DNA from: an uncultured Clostridia bacterium
GTDB lineage: Bacteria; Bacillota; Clostridia; Christensenellales; Borkfalkiaceae
Reading direction: 5' to 3'
Length of the DNA: 64,000 nt
NCBI GenBank assembly: GCA_944376455.1
Contig: CALWCO010000003.1
Location: forward strand, 12,979 to 76,978
Shown here: positions 36,714-47,184 of the stretch, one piece after another
Numbering within the stretch: position 1 is the first letter of the stretch
Layout: the number at the start of each line of letters is the position of its first letter
Translations under genes and position numbers: made by a program
Notes under the pieces: model-generated
Database searches by the model: none
Seen by the model: only the letters and a program-made list of their open reading frames with translations
What the model was told of the DNA's origin: nothing

Positions 36714-36968
36714 TTACTTTCTCAGTCCCAAAGCCGCAACGATCGCTCTGTATCTTTCGATATCCGTTTCTTTGAGATAGTCCAGAAGACCGCGGCGTTT
36801 GCCGACCATCTTCAAGAGTCCGCGACGGCTGTGGTTGTCCTGCTGATGCACTTTGAGATGCTCGTTGAGGTGATTGATGCGCTCGGTGAGCAGCGCGATC
36901 TGCACTTCGGGAGAACCCGTGTCGCCCTCGTGGGTAGCATATTTTGCAATGATTTCGGACTTTTCCAT
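36714..36968 (-). CDS. rpsO: 30S ribosomal protein S15
   Basis: Start set to ATG 36968 ([57 protein letters not shown]) behind GGAGGT. Confidence 0.95.
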   Translation of the reverse strand: MEKSEIIAKYATHEGDTGSPEVQIALLTERINHLNEHLKVHQQDNHSRRGLLKMVGKRRGLLDYLKETDIERYRAIVAALGLRK

Positions 36969-37225
36969 TTGCGTTTTACCTCCTATGGAATATTTTCGGC
37001 TTGAACCAGGCGATGCGTCGAGGATTCGACACCGCTTCGTACAAGTTACCCGAATATAATAGCACATTTTTTCAATAAAGTAAACCGATTTGAGGGAATT
37101 TTCCGCACTTTATCGGGACTTTTTTTGCGTTGTTTCGTCCGCCCTTTCCCGCGTTCCTTTCACGCTTCCCGCGCTTTTTGCTTATTTTTTCCGTCTGCAC
37201 GGGAAAAAATCGTCGGCTTTTCTTC

Positions 37226-37276
37226 TTTTCGGCAGAGCCGAAAAGACAAATTGCCGCGGGCATGCCCGCGGCAATT
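37226..37276 (-). terminator. terminator region after hemZ (two hairpins)
   Basis: AATTGCCGCGGGC-ATG-CCCGCGGCAATT then TGTCTTTTCGG on the minus strand, plus CTTTTCGGC/GCCGAAAAG. Confidence 0.65.
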
Positions 37277-37349
37277 GACAGTTTCGCTTCATAGGCGAAA
37301 AAAAATTTTTTTTACAAGCGGCAGTCGCACAGAGGGCATGGTGTTCGGA

Positions 37350-38723
37350 TCACTCCGAAAAAAGTTTGTTCTTCTTGGCAACGACCTCTTCGATCTTGGC
37401 AAAATAAGTGGGGAAGTCCTTTGGACTGCCGTACCGCTCGATGCGGTTTTCCCCTGTATGCACCTTTTTGGACACCGCGTTGGCGCCGACGGCGAGATTG
37501 TCGGCAATCTCTTCCATGATGTCCACGTTGTAGACGCACGCCTTGCCGGGCTTCGTCCAACCCGTGTTTTCACGGTTTCCTGCCTGGTATTTCTGGCGAT
37601 ACATATAATACGGCTCATATCCCGCCGCGCGCAGAAGGGTGCGGGACACATCCACCATGCGCCCTACCGTTTCGCCGTCCAGACGGGCATGCTCTTCTTT
37701 GAGCTTGGCACCCGCTTTCAGGCACAGTGTATGCACGGTGATGTTGTCGGGATCGAGCGCGATGGCTTCGCGCAGGGAAGTTTCAAATTCTTCATAGCTT
37801 TCCCCCGTCAGTCCCGCAATCAGATCCATGTTGATATCAAAGCCATACTTTTTCGCCATTTCATAGGCACGGTATACATCTTTTGCCGTATGTTTCCTGC
37901 CGATGCGTTCGAGCGTGGCGTCCGACAGGCTTTGCGGGTTCACGCAGATGCGCGTGACGCCGTATTCTTTCAGCAGGGAGAGTTTTTCATCGGTGAACAC
38001 GTCGGGCCGCCCCGCCTCCACGGTGTATTCGCAACCGTTCTTCCGCAAGGGCGCGACGGCATCCAGGAGCATTTTCAGATGAGGCGGTTCGAGCACGAGC
38101 GGCGTGCCGCCGCCGACATATACGCTGCGCAGATTCCCCGTCAAGGATGCGCAAGACTGCAATTCATAACACAGTTTCTCCATATACTCGTCGAGATATT
38201 TACGGGTATATCGAATGTCCGCCGTAATGAACGAACAATATACGCACTTGGACGGGCAGAAGGGCACGGAAACGAACAGGTCGCAATTGCCGTCCCGCCG
38301 CTCGTAAATCCCCTCCTGGGCACGCAAAATGTCCTCGGTCAATCGAATATTTTCCGCACTCACGTCCATGGCGGCAAAGAGAGCTTTCCAGTCCCTGCCC
38401 GCCGCGCGCTCAGTGTAGGCGAGTTTGGTCGGACGTATCCCCGTCAGCGCGCCCCACGGCATGGCCGTGCCGTGCCGCGCTTTGAGGATTTTATAGAGCG
38501 CAAGTTTGGAAAAACGCTTGGCGTAACGCTTTTGCTCCAACTCGTTCAACGTGGGCATGGTATCGCGAAATTTTTGTGTTTTTCCGTCGAGGGAAAAGGT
38601 ATTTTCATATTCTCCTTGTCCATAGGAAAAGGCATGAACGATCGCGGCGCTGTCGTCAGGAAAGAGCCGCGCCACGTCCATCAATTCGTTTTCCAGAAAG
38701 GGAGCGTTCGTTTCGATTGTCAT
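37350..38723 (-). CDS. hemZ: HemZ-type oxygen-independent coproporphyrinogen-III oxidase-like radical SAM protein
   Basis: 457-aa ORF; radical SAM CxxxCxxC (FCPSKCVYCSF), HemN-like core; typical position after relA/MBL genes in Firmicutes. Confidence 0.8.
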   Translation of the reverse strand: MTIETNAPFLENELMDVARLFPDDSAAIVHAFSYGQGEYENTFSLDGKTQKFRDTMPTLNELEQKRYAKRFSKLALYKILKARHGTAMPWGALTGIRPTKLAYTERAAGRDWKALFAAMDVSAENIRLTEDILRAQEGIYERRDGNCDLFVSVPFCPSKCVYCSFITADIRYTRKYLDEYMEKLCYELQSCASLTGNLRSVYVGGGTPLVLEPPHLKMLLDAVAPLRKNGCEYTVEAGRPDVFTDEKLSLLKEYGVTRICVNPQSLSDATLERIGRKHTAKDVYRAYEMAKKYGFDINMDLIAGLTGESYEEFETSLREAIALDPDNITVHTLCLKAGAKLKEEHARLDGETVGRMVDVSRTLLRAAGYEPYYMYRQKYQAGNRENTGWTKPGKACVYNVDIMEEIADNLAVGANAVSKKVHTGENRIERYGSPKDFPTYFAKIEEVVAKKNKLFSE

Positions 38724-38735
38724 ACGCTTTCCCCT

Positions 38736-39344
38736 TTACGGCCGCACATACGGATTGCCGTCCCGTTCTCTTTGCAGAGAGGTATCGTCGCCGTGCCCGG
38801 GACAGACCGTATATTCCCCTGCCAGCGCGTAAAGTTTCCGCACGCTTTTTACAAGCGTCTGCCAATCCCCTGTGGGCAGGTCGGTACGGCCGACGCTCAT
38901 TTCAAACAGGGTGTCCCCCGTAAACAGATATTTTTCTACTTGATAGGTAACGCTGCCCGCCGTATGCCCGGGCGTAGAAATCACCGAAAAATCGATGCCT
39001 GCAAGGGAGATTTTATCGCCGTCTTTCAACGTGGAAAAGGTATTAAACGTGGGCATGGGCGCACCGTATTCGCGGTACATGGAGTCCCGCCCGTGTACGA
39101 GCGGTTCCTCCGCGGCGGCGCAATAGATCAGAACGCCTGCGGCGTCGAGATCGAAACAGCCGCCGACGTGGTCGAAATGACCGTGCGTGAGCAGAACGGC
39201 GACGATCTGCAGTCCCGCTTCTTTCGCCTTGTCCAAAACGCGGCGTTGCGAAGGGTCGATCGCCACGGCGGTCTTGCCGTCCGCCGTCACCAGATAACAA
39301 TTGGAGGCAAAGCCCAACGGATATATTTTTCGGACGGATAGCAT
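38736..39344 (-). CDS. MBL-fold metallo-hydrolase (glyoxalase II-like)
   Basis: 202-aa ORF; THGHFDHVGG metal motif, ..TPGHTAGS.., ..PGHG. Confidence 0.88.
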   Translation of the reverse strand: MLSVRKIYPLGFASNCYLVTADGKTAVAIDPSQRRVLDKAKEAGLQIVAVLLTHGHFDHVGGCFDLDAAGVLIYCAAAEEPLVHGRDSMYREYGAPMPTFNTFSTLKDGDKISLAGIDFSVISTPGHTAGSVTYQVEKYLFTGDTLFEMSVGRTDLPTGDWQTLVKSVRKLYALAGEYTVCPGHGDDTSLQRERDGNPYVRP

Positions 39345-39355
39345 TTCTTACCTCC

Positions 39356-41506
39356 TCATGCGCCCGTGGTGCGGTATACGTCGAAAATACGGGCGTCGCT
39401 CTTTACCTTTTTGATAAACGTTTCAATGTCCTCTTTCTTGGTCAGGGAAAGACAGACTTCCACGACGGCGGAACGGTTCTTGTCCAGTCTGCCGTTGACC
39501 GAAGTGATCGAAAGACGCATATCCGCGGCTACGCCCGAAACGACGGAGAGGATGACCCCCTGATCGGCGGCGCGCACTTCCACGTGCGCGTTGAAGCGCA
39601 CGTTTTCACTGCTTTGCAACCACTCGGCGGGTTGCAGGCGTTCGCGGTCGATGTTCAGGACGTTGGGACAGTCCTTGCGGTGCACGACCACGCCCCTGCC
39701 GCGGGAAATGAATCCGACAATCTCGTCGCCCGGGATGGGCGAACAGCAACCCGCAAAGTGGATCAGAAGCCCGCTCATGCCGCGGATGGCGACACTGCCC
39801 GCGTTCCTTCTGCCCGGCGCCGCGCCCTCTGTGCGCGGAACGGGCTTGGGCATGACCTTGTTATAAAAATCGATCAGGCGGAACAGGACCTGGTTGACCC
39901 CCACCGCGCCGTATCCGACGGAGGCATACATTTCGTCCGCCGAATTGAAGGAAAACTTACTTGCCACCGTGGCGAAAGACGCATCCGTAAGCAGTTCGCC
40001 CAGGCGATAGCCGCGGCGGGACGCCTCTTCTTCCAAGAGGTTTTTGCCGATACGGATGTTGTCCTCCTTCATGGCGTGTTTGAAATACTGCCGTATTTTT
40101 GCGCGCGCGGGCGAGGACTTGACGAATTTCAGCCAGTCCCAGGACGGGCCTTTGGAGTTGGGAGAAGTGATGATCTCCACCACATCCCCCGTCTCGAGCT
40201 GAGAATTGAGTGCGACGATCTTGCCGTTGACCTTGGCGCCCATGCACTTGTTGCCGACTTCGGAATGGATGGCATAGGCAAAATCCACGGGCGTGGCGCC
40301 GAGCGGCAGGGAAACGACCTTGCCCTGCGGCGTGAATACGAGAAGTTCTGTAGAGTACAGTTCGGTTTTGAGTGCGTCCATGAATTCCTTGGAATCCTTG
40401 ACGCCGCCCTGCCAGTCCATCGCCTCGCGAATCCAGTTGAGCTGCTGGTCGGAATCCTTGACCGCACCCGACGCGGAACCGCTCTCCTTATATTTCCAGT
40501 GCGCCGCGATACCGTATTCGGCGGTGCGGTGCATTTCTTCGGTGCGGATCTGAATTTCAAAGGGTCTGCCGAAGTTGGTGACGACCGTCGTATGCAGGGA
40601 CTGATACATGTTGGGTTTGGGCGTGGCGATGTAGTCCTTGATGCGGCCAGGAATGGGCTTCCATTTCTCGTGAATTTTGCCCAGGACCTCGTAACACTCG
40701 GTGATCGTGCCGACAATGACGCGCACGGCAGTCAGATCGTAAATCTCGTCCAGCTTCTTATGCTTGTTCTTCATCTTTTTATAGATGGAATAAAAATGCT
40801 TGGGACGCCCGGATACTTCGCCCTTGATGTTGCTCTCTTCAAGCAGTTTTTTCAGCTCCTGCACGACCGATTGAACGAACGCCTCCCGCTCGGTGCGTTG
40901 TTGGTTGATGTGCTCGATGAGGTATTCATAGGCGGCGGGATCGAGATATTTGAGCGAAAGGTCCTCCAGTTCGCAATTGATCTGGCTGATACCGAGCCGC
41001 CCCGCAATGGGACAAAAGATGTCGAGCGTCTCGCGCGCCATGCGCTTTTGCCGCTCCTCGCTCAAAAAATTTAAGGAGCGCATGTTGTGCAGGCGGTCGG
41101 CAAGTTTGATGATGATGACGCGGATATCCTTCGCCATCGCCACGAAAATCTTGCGGAAGTTCTCCGCCTCCTCCTCTTCGTGCGACTTGAATACGATCTT
41201 ATCGAGTTTGGTCACGCCGCCGACGAGGTTCATGACCTCGTCGCCGAATTCGCGCTGGATCTGTTCGGGCGTAACGGGCGTATCCTCTACGATGTCGTGC
41301 AGAAGCGCGGCGGTTACGGTCGCGCAATCCAGTCCCAAATCCACAAGAATTTCCGCAACCGCGCAGGGATGAATGAAGTAGGGTTCACCCGAAGCGCGTT
41401 TCTGTCCCTCGTGCGCCTTTTCCGCAAAACGATAGGCACGCAGAAGGATCTCGTTGTCCTCCTGCGAATAGTTTTCCTTGAATTTATCCAGAAGTTGTTG
41501 CGACAT
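39356..41506 (-). CDS. relA: bifunctional (p)ppGpp synthetase/hydrolase (RelA/SpoT homologue)
   Basis: Start set to ATG 41506 (MSQQLLDKFKENYS); HD domain (HPCAVAEIL..LLHDIVEDT), synthetase, TGS and ACT regions. Confidence 0.95.
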   Translation of the reverse strand: MSQQLLDKFKENYSQEDNEILLRAYRFAEKAHEGQKRASGEPYFIHPCAVAEILVDLGLDCATVTAALLHDIVEDTPVTPEQIQREFGDEVMNLVGGVTKLDKIVFKSHEEEEAENFRKIFVAMAKDIRVIIIKLADRLHNMRSLNFLSEERQKRMARETLDIFCPIAGRLGISQINCELEDLSLKYLDPAAYEYLIEHINQQRTEREAFVQSVVQELKKLLEESNIKGEVSGRPKHFYSIYKKMKNKHKKLDEIYDLTAVRVIVGTITECYEVLGKIHEKWKPIPGRIKDYIATPKPNMYQSLHTTVVTNFGRPFEIQIRTEEMHRTAEYGIAAHWKYKESGSASGAVKDSDQQLNWIREAMDWQGGVKDSKEFMDALKTELYSTELLVFTPQGKVVSLPLGATPVDFAYAIHSEVGNKCMGAKVNGKIVALNSQLETGDVVEIITSPNSKGPSWDWLKFVKSSPARAKIRQYFKHAMKEDNIRIGKNLLEEEASRRGYRLGELLTDASFATVASKFSFNSADEMYASVGYGAVGVNQVLFRLIDFYNKVMPKPVPRTEGAAPGRRNAGSVAIRGMSGLLIHFAGCCSPIPGDEIVGFISRGRGVVVHRKDCPNVLNIDRERLQPAEWLQSSENVRFNAHVEVRAADQGVILSVVSGVAADMRLSITSVNGRLDKNRSAVVEVCLSLTKKEDIETFIKKVKSDARIFDVYRTTGA

Positions 41507-41661
41507 AAGGTCTCTTCCCCCCTTCCGTTTCCGGGTTATCCTCTGTGCCCGCCGCCGCGCATGGATGCGCGGCGGCGGCAAAAGATGTATCTTTCTCTCC
41601 TATATGGGACCATTTTGCCCCGTTCAAACAAAAAATCAAAAATGTTATTTTCTGACGGTTC

Positions 41662-43998
41662 TCATTCCTTGGAATTGTTCTGCAACGCGACGACGCGGCG
41701 ATAGAGCAGAGAGTCGTTCAGATCGGCGCGCACGCCGCGATAAACGACGATGCGGCCGGTTTCATAATCGATGAGTCCCAACTCCTCGAACACCGAGAGC
41801 GCAAACACACACTCTTCGAGCGGGAAACCGAGCCCGCCGCCGAGCAGTGCGGTCTCCTCCGCACAGGCGCCGCGCAGTTCTCCCGCCCGCGCCCGCAGAG
41901 CGGAAAACACAGAGAGCAACCCCTCGCGCGTGGCATCCAATCGCAAAAAGGGCCTGAACCCGAAAGTTTCCCGCGTGGCATAACAGTTCTTCCCCTGCAG
42001 GCCCGTCAGATTGAAGTCGGCGGGCAGGTCGAGGAATACGACGTCGCGGTAGTCCGAAAAATCCGCATCCGCACAGGGCGCCACGATGAGCGCGTTTGCG
42101 ACGTTGCGCCCCGACAGGCGGATCAGATCGGGAGACATATCTTTTATGCTCTCGTAAGAACGGACGGTGCGCGGATCGGAAGCCACGATCAAAAGTCCGT
42201 AAGCGCTCTCGACGCGCTTGGCGCGGATGAGCTCGTCCAGTTCGGCACGAGAAAAATATTGCACCTTCCCGTCGAAGGTCGCCGCGCGGCGCAACCGTTC
42301 CAAAGAAGAAGCAAACCGCCAGAAAGAGCTTTCGCCGCTGTTTCCGTCGTAAAGAATATCCTTGACAAACCCCTTGACCGACTCCCTGCCGCGGAACACC
42401 GAACAGTTGCATTCAAAGACAAATTGCTTGCATACATCGCTCTCGATGAGGCGCAAATTTTTTGCGCCGTTGAAATACATCAGATCGATATAATCGGTCT
42501 TGATGAGAATATGCGGGGATTTGTTCTTGATCGGACGGGCGTTCAGCGCGCGTGCCGTCAGGTAAAAAAGCGGTTTTTTATGACCGACGCCATAGGGTTC
42601 CAAGGCATTCAGTTCGTGCGCCAGTTTCAGGGAAAATTCAGAAGTGATTTCTTCGCTGACGTAAAGTTTCGGAATAAAATCCTCGGGCGTATATTTTTCT
42701 CCGATATACCCGTCGAGCGCCTCTTCCAAACGGGAGAAATTCTCCGTGCGGACGTTGACGCCCGCCGCCTGAGCATGGCCGCCGAATTCTTCAATGAACA
42801 CCGAGCAGTTCTTGAGCGCATCAAAGATGTTCACGCTCTCGATGCTCCGCGCGCTGCCTTTCATCATGTCGCCGTTCTGCACGAAGAGCAGGACGGGGCG
42901 GGAATATTCTTCGGCAAGGCGCGCCGCTACGATGCCCACAAAGCCCGAACTCCAGTTCTCGTCCCAGAGCATGATGACGTTGCCGTAAGCACCCTTTTCG
43001 CGTATCTTTGCCTTTGCGCTCTCATACAGCTCGTCGCAACAATGCTGGCGTTGCAGGTTATATTCGTTCAGCCGTACCGCAAGCTCGTAAATTTCCGAGG
43101 GAGAATCGCTCAAAAACAATTGCAATGCACTGGCGGCATCCCCCATTCTGCCCGCCGCATTGATGCGGGGGGCGACGGTGAATGCCAGCGTCTGCGCGGT
43201 GATCTCTTCCTGTTGCTTGTTGCCGAGAAGTGCGGCAAACGCCTGCCGCGGGTGCGCGGAAATACGTTTCAGCCCTTCAAACACGATGTCGCGGTTTTCC
43301 CCGAGGAGCGGAACGCTGTCCGCCACCGTGGCGAGCGCGGCAAAATCCAAAAGCTCATACGCTTTTTTTCCGATGAGCGCACAGGCCAGCTTGAACGCCA
43401 CGCCCGCGCCGCACAGGTTGTCGTACGGATATTTCCCCGGCAATTTGGGATTAACGCAAATGCAATCGGGAAGTTCTTCGGGCAGTTCATGATGATCGGT
43501 AACGATGACGTATGCCCCAAGCTGCTTGACGTATTCCACTTCCTTGCGGTTGGAAATGCCGCAGTCCACGGTGATGAACAGGTCGGGGATAAATTCTTCA
43601 AAAATTTTATCCACCGCCTGCACGCTCAATCCGTACCCTTCGCTCCGCTCCGGCACAAAGACATACGGCTCGATGCCGAATGCGGAAAGCGCATAATACA
43701 TGACGGAAGAGGCGCAGATGCCGTCGGCGTCGTAATCACCGAACACGGCGACGTTCCAATCCTCTTCCTTGGCACGAACGATCAGGTCGACCGCTTCGCG
43801 CATACCTGACAGAAGAAAGGGCGACAGAAAATGCTCTTCGGAAGGCGACAGGAAAGAGCGGATCTTGTCCGCCGTGTCAACGCCGCGGGCAAAGAGGAGC
43901 TTGACGACCGTCTCGGTCAGACAAAGCTCCCGCGCCAACTTGCGTACTTTTTCCAGTTGCTCTTCGCTGAACTGATATTCCGGAATGAGTTTCTTCAT
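41662..43998 (-). CDS. recJ: single-stranded-DNA-specific exonuclease RecJ
   Basis: 778-aa ORF; DHH motifs VFGDYDADGICAS, TVDCG, VTDHH; DHHA1 GGHAQAAG. Confidence 0.93.
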   Translation of the reverse strand: MKKLIPEYQFSEEQLEKVRKLARELCLTETVVKLLFARGVDTADKIRSFLSPSEEHFLSPFLLSGMREAVDLIVRAKEEDWNVAVFGDYDADGICASSVMYYALSAFGIEPYVFVPERSEGYGLSVQAVDKIFEEFIPDLFITVDCGISNRKEVEYVKQLGAYVIVTDHHELPEELPDCICVNPKLPGKYPYDNLCGAGVAFKLACALIGKKAYELLDFAALATVADSVPLLGENRDIVFEGLKRISAHPRQAFAALLGNKQQEEITAQTLAFTVAPRINAAGRMGDAASALQLFLSDSPSEIYELAVRLNEYNLQRQHCCDELYESAKAKIREKGAYGNVIMLWDENWSSGFVGIVAARLAEEYSRPVLLFVQNGDMMKGSARSIESVNIFDALKNCSVFIEEFGGHAQAAGVNVRTENFSRLEEALDGYIGEKYTPEDFIPKLYVSEEITSEFSLKLAHELNALEPYGVGHKKPLFYLTARALNARPIKNKSPHILIKTDYIDLMYFNGAKNLRLIESDVCKQFVFECNCSVFRGRESVKGFVKDILYDGNSGESSFWRFASSLERLRRAATFDGKVQYFSRAELDELIRAKRVESAYGLLIVASDPRTVRSYESIKDMSPDLIRLSGRNVANALIVAPCADADFSDYRDVVFLDLPADFNLTGLQGKNCYATRETFGFRPFLRLDATREGLLSVFSALRARAGELRGACAEETALLGGGLGFPLEECVFALSVFEELGLIDYETGRIVVYRGVRADLNDSLLYRRVVALQNNSKE

Positions 43999-44215
43999 GG
44001 TTCCGATTGCCCTTTTCTGATTATTTTTCGTTTGATCCCTGCCCGATCATCGGGAAACGCTCCCGATCATTCAAGAGCCTTTCTATCGGGTTTGCCGATC
44101 GGGTCCGCCCATGCAGACGGACGTCTGCCGCAAGGTTTCCCGTCCGTGCCGCGGAACTCTTGGCCTGATCGGTCGATCGGTCATATATTTTTGCGTACGA
44201 GCCTGACGCGTCGGC

Positions 44216-44281
44216 GCAAAAAAATGCAAAAGGGCGGTATCCTACCTTCGCCTGCCGGCGACGGTATTGCGTACCGCCCTT
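44216..44281 (-). terminator. rho-independent terminator of secDF
   Basis: Outer stem AAGGGCGGTA/TACCGCCCTT with an inner GC helix, followed on the minus strand by TTGCATTTTTTTGC. Confidence 0.7.
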
Positions 44282-44295
44282 CAATGAGTTTGAAA

Positions 44296-45321
44296 TCAGT
44301 CTTTATTTGCGCCGGCAGCTCTCTTCTGCAGGCGATCGGCTTCCTCTTTCTGCTTTGCCTGACGGTTTTTTTCTTCCCGTTTCGCGCGCATCTTATCCCC
44401 GCAAGAACGCACCGCCGTCGCCAGAGAAGGCGAGAGCAACACACCCGAGAAAGTGCTTGCCGCGATGGCAAAGACCGCGGGAAGGGTGAACGCCCGTACC
44501 GCCGCGCCGCAGAAGATGGAAAGAGCGGCAAAGAACACGACGGAGGCAACGCCCAGAATGACGACCGGCTTGACGCCGGCACCGGCAACGGCCGACATGG
44601 ACTCGGAAACGGGTTTATCGGCGTATTCCTCGCTCTTAAGGAGCGCACGCATCCGACCGAACGCCACACAGGAAACAAGAACGGAATAGAACACCGCAAA
44701 GATCGCAGCCGCCGACAGGACGGTCGTGACGGGAATGCGGAGAATGAGCACGAGCGCAAGCATCATGGCGGTGTCGAGCACGCCCGCCGCCAAGGCGGCA
44801 ACGCCCATCGAGAAACGGTAACGCACCGTCACATACAGGAATGCAATCGCCAAACCCACTGCACCGGACACGGCCGCGCGCCAGATGTAATCATAGGCAT
44901 ATTGGGATACGTTGTCGTGCAACGAACCGGAATAGTTGCCGTTGGAAAGCTCGGCATTTGCGTCCACCGCGGCAAGCATCTCCGTCAGCAGGGACGAGAG
45001 CGTCGCCTGCTCGGTTTCGGGAGCGAAACGGAATTCGACATAGCCGCCCGTTTCGGTCTGCGAAATGTCATAATCGATGAGATTTACGTCTGCGTCCTTG
45101 ATTTCCGCCAGGCACACATCGACAAACGCATCTTTCAGCTCTTCGTCCGCATTGATGTACTGATCGTGCGATACGATGAGGGAACGGCTGTCCGCAATCG
45201 TTGCGGAGGGTTGGAACCCCAACAGGAAGAAAATCACCAGTCCCGCAATGATGAGCACGGCGGGAACCGCCAGCCATACGGGAAGTTTATCGGTAATACG
45301 GAAAGAATTAGTCTTCGTCAT
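44296..45321 (-). CDS. secF: protein translocase subunit SecF
   Basis: 341-aa ORF; 6-TM SecF layout; overlaps secD by 14 nt. Confidence 0.9.
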   Translation of the reverse strand: MTKTNSFRITDKLPVWLAVPAVLIIAGLVIFFLLGFQPSATIADSRSLIVSHDQYINADEELKDAFVDVCLAEIKDADVNLIDYDISQTETGGYVEFRFAPETEQATLSSLLTEMLAAVDANAELSNGNYSGSLHDNVSQYAYDYIWRAAVSGAVGLAIAFLYVTVRYRFSMGVAALAAGVLDTAMMLALVLILRIPVTTVLSAAAIFAVFYSVLVSCVAFGRMRALLKSEEYADKPVSESMSAVAGAGVKPVVILGVASVVFFAALSIFCGAAVRAFTLPAVFAIAASTFSGVLLSPSLATAVRSCGDKMRAKREEKNRQAKQKEEADRLQKRAAGANKD

Positions 45322-46975
45322 CGTCGCTTACCTCCCTTTTGAAACCGTAAAACTTATACTGACGGCTCCTGGCAACCAGGCCGCGGAATATATAAGCGTA
45401 ATAACGCGTGAGCAGAACGGTGGAGATGCCGCTCATGAGCACGGCGAACAGGAATACGTAACAGAACATCGCCACTTCCGCGACGCTGATGAACATCAGT
45501 ACCAGCGAGAGCAGGAACAAAAGAATGTGCGCATCCAATACGGGCGCGAGCGAACGCTTGTAACCCGCCTTGATGGAAGAGTCCAGCGTCTTGCCCGTCG
45601 CAAATTCCTTGCGGATATTTTCAAAAATGAAGAAGTTGGTCAGAGCCATCATCACCGCGCCCAGCGCGACGGCGGCCACCCCGCTTGCCGTGAGAACCAT
45701 GCCCGAGAGGAAGGCGATGAACATGACCATACAGATCATGTAGGACAGGAAGGCATAGAGATGGGCGAGACCCAAGCCCTTATAGCGGACAAAGAACGCC
45801 ACGAACATGGCGGCCATGATCACGCCGAAGACAATATAGATTGCCGTTTTGGCGGCGGCGCCGGAGCCCACCGTATAGTCTACCGTTTCGCCGACCGAAA
45901 GGCTGAGATTCATATCCCCTTCTTTCAGACAGGAATTCATGACGATGCCTATGTTTTCCGCTTTTTCGGGATCCATGCCGTTTTCGCCGGAACCGCTGAT
46001 GTAGAGCGTTCTCTGGTCCAGACCGTCATCCTCCCCGCTCAGTCCCAGACCGATGAGCTGTTGCTCACCGACATAAAAATAGAGCGTTGCATCCGTTTCA
46101 TCGTCTTTGAGTTTGTTGGTCAGGCGATAAACCTCCTCTCTGCCGAGAGAAGTAAGTTCGAAAATAACGATGCCCGCCCCGCCCGACGACGTGGAGGAAA
46201 CTTTGTTGAAATAATCGGACATGGGGTGATCGGCATTGGCGGACAGGAGCGGTTTGGAGGTGATTTCCTCATTGGCCCGCAACGTGAACGCGCCCGAATA
46301 GCCGAGCTGTTCGAACAGCGTGTCCGGATCGGATACGGTGGTCGGAACGCTCACCTGAATGGTGCAACCGTCTTTGACGGAAACGTTGAGGAAGGAGAGA
46401 TTCTTCTTGTCGAAACGGCGGGACATAATGTTCACGGCCGCGGAGAAATCCTCCTTAAACTCTTCGGAAAGGGTATATTTTCCGCTCTCGCCGTCCAGCG
46501 CACAAACCTCTTCGGCGTCGAGATAGACGGCCGCCTCGGAGACGCTTTCCAGTCCGACAAAGTTGGCGGAATCGTATGCCACATAGATATCGGTGTATTC
46601 CTTCTGCGCATACAAGATTGCTTCAACGTTCTTATCGTTCGCGCCCTCTTCTTCATATTGCGCCAAAAGCTCGTCCGCGGACGTGGTCTGATCGCCGTAA
46701 TATTTACGCAACGCCTCTTCGAGATTCTCCTCGTAAGATTCCGTCTGCGCGTCATAATCCGCGGCGGAAATGACCCCTTCGGGGTAATATACCGCGGAGT
46801 AGCCGCCGCCCAGATCCGAACCGTAATTGATGACGCTGAACACGGGAGTATACGTCTTCCAGATCCCCCCGATGCTGAACGGAATGCTGAATTCCGGCAC
46901 TACGCACATAAGGCACAATAGAACGATGACGATGGTCAAAATGACTGTCATCACCACCGATTTTGTCTTGCTCAT
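45308..46975 (-). CDS. secD: protein translocase subunit SecD
   Basis: 555-aa ORF; N-terminal TM, large extracytoplasmic domain, C-terminal 5-TM block. Confidence 0.9.
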   Translation of the reverse strand: MSKTKSVVMTVILTIVIVLLCLMCVVPEFSIPFSIGGIWKTYTPVFSVINYGSDLGGGYSAVYYPEGVISAADYDAQTESYEENLEEALRKYYGDQTTSADELLAQYEEEGANDKNVEAILYAQKEYTDIYVAYDSANFVGLESVSEAAVYLDAEEVCALDGESGKYTLSEEFKEDFSAAVNIMSRRFDKKNLSFLNVSVKDGCTIQVSVPTTVSDPDTLFEQLGYSGAFTLRANEEITSKPLLSANADHPMSDYFNKVSSTSSGGAGIVIFELTSLGREEVYRLTNKLKDDETDATLYFYVGEQQLIGLGLSGEDDGLDQRTLYISGSGENGMDPEKAENIGIVMNSCLKEGDMNLSLSVGETVDYTVGSGAAAKTAIYIVFGVIMAAMFVAFFVRYKGLGLAHLYAFLSYMICMVMFIAFLSGMVLTASGVAAVALGAVMMALTNFFIFENIRKEFATGKTLDSSIKAGYKRSLAPVLDAHILLFLLSLVLMFISVAEVAMFCYVFLFAVLMSGISTVLLTRYYAYIFRGLVARSRQYKFYGFKREVSDDDED

Positions 46976-47184
46976 GCTCGCCTCCTGATTATCCTGAAAT
47001 ATGCAAAACGCCGATTATTGCGATATACACTGCTCATTATTATATATAATCCGTCGCGTTTCGTCAAGCCGAAATGAATCGGAATCGCAAGTTTTTCCAC
47101 TCTTTTCACAAAAAATTCGCATTCCGTACGCCAAAGGCGTCATACGCGCGCGACGAAACGTTCCCAAGCGCCCTTACAGACCCG

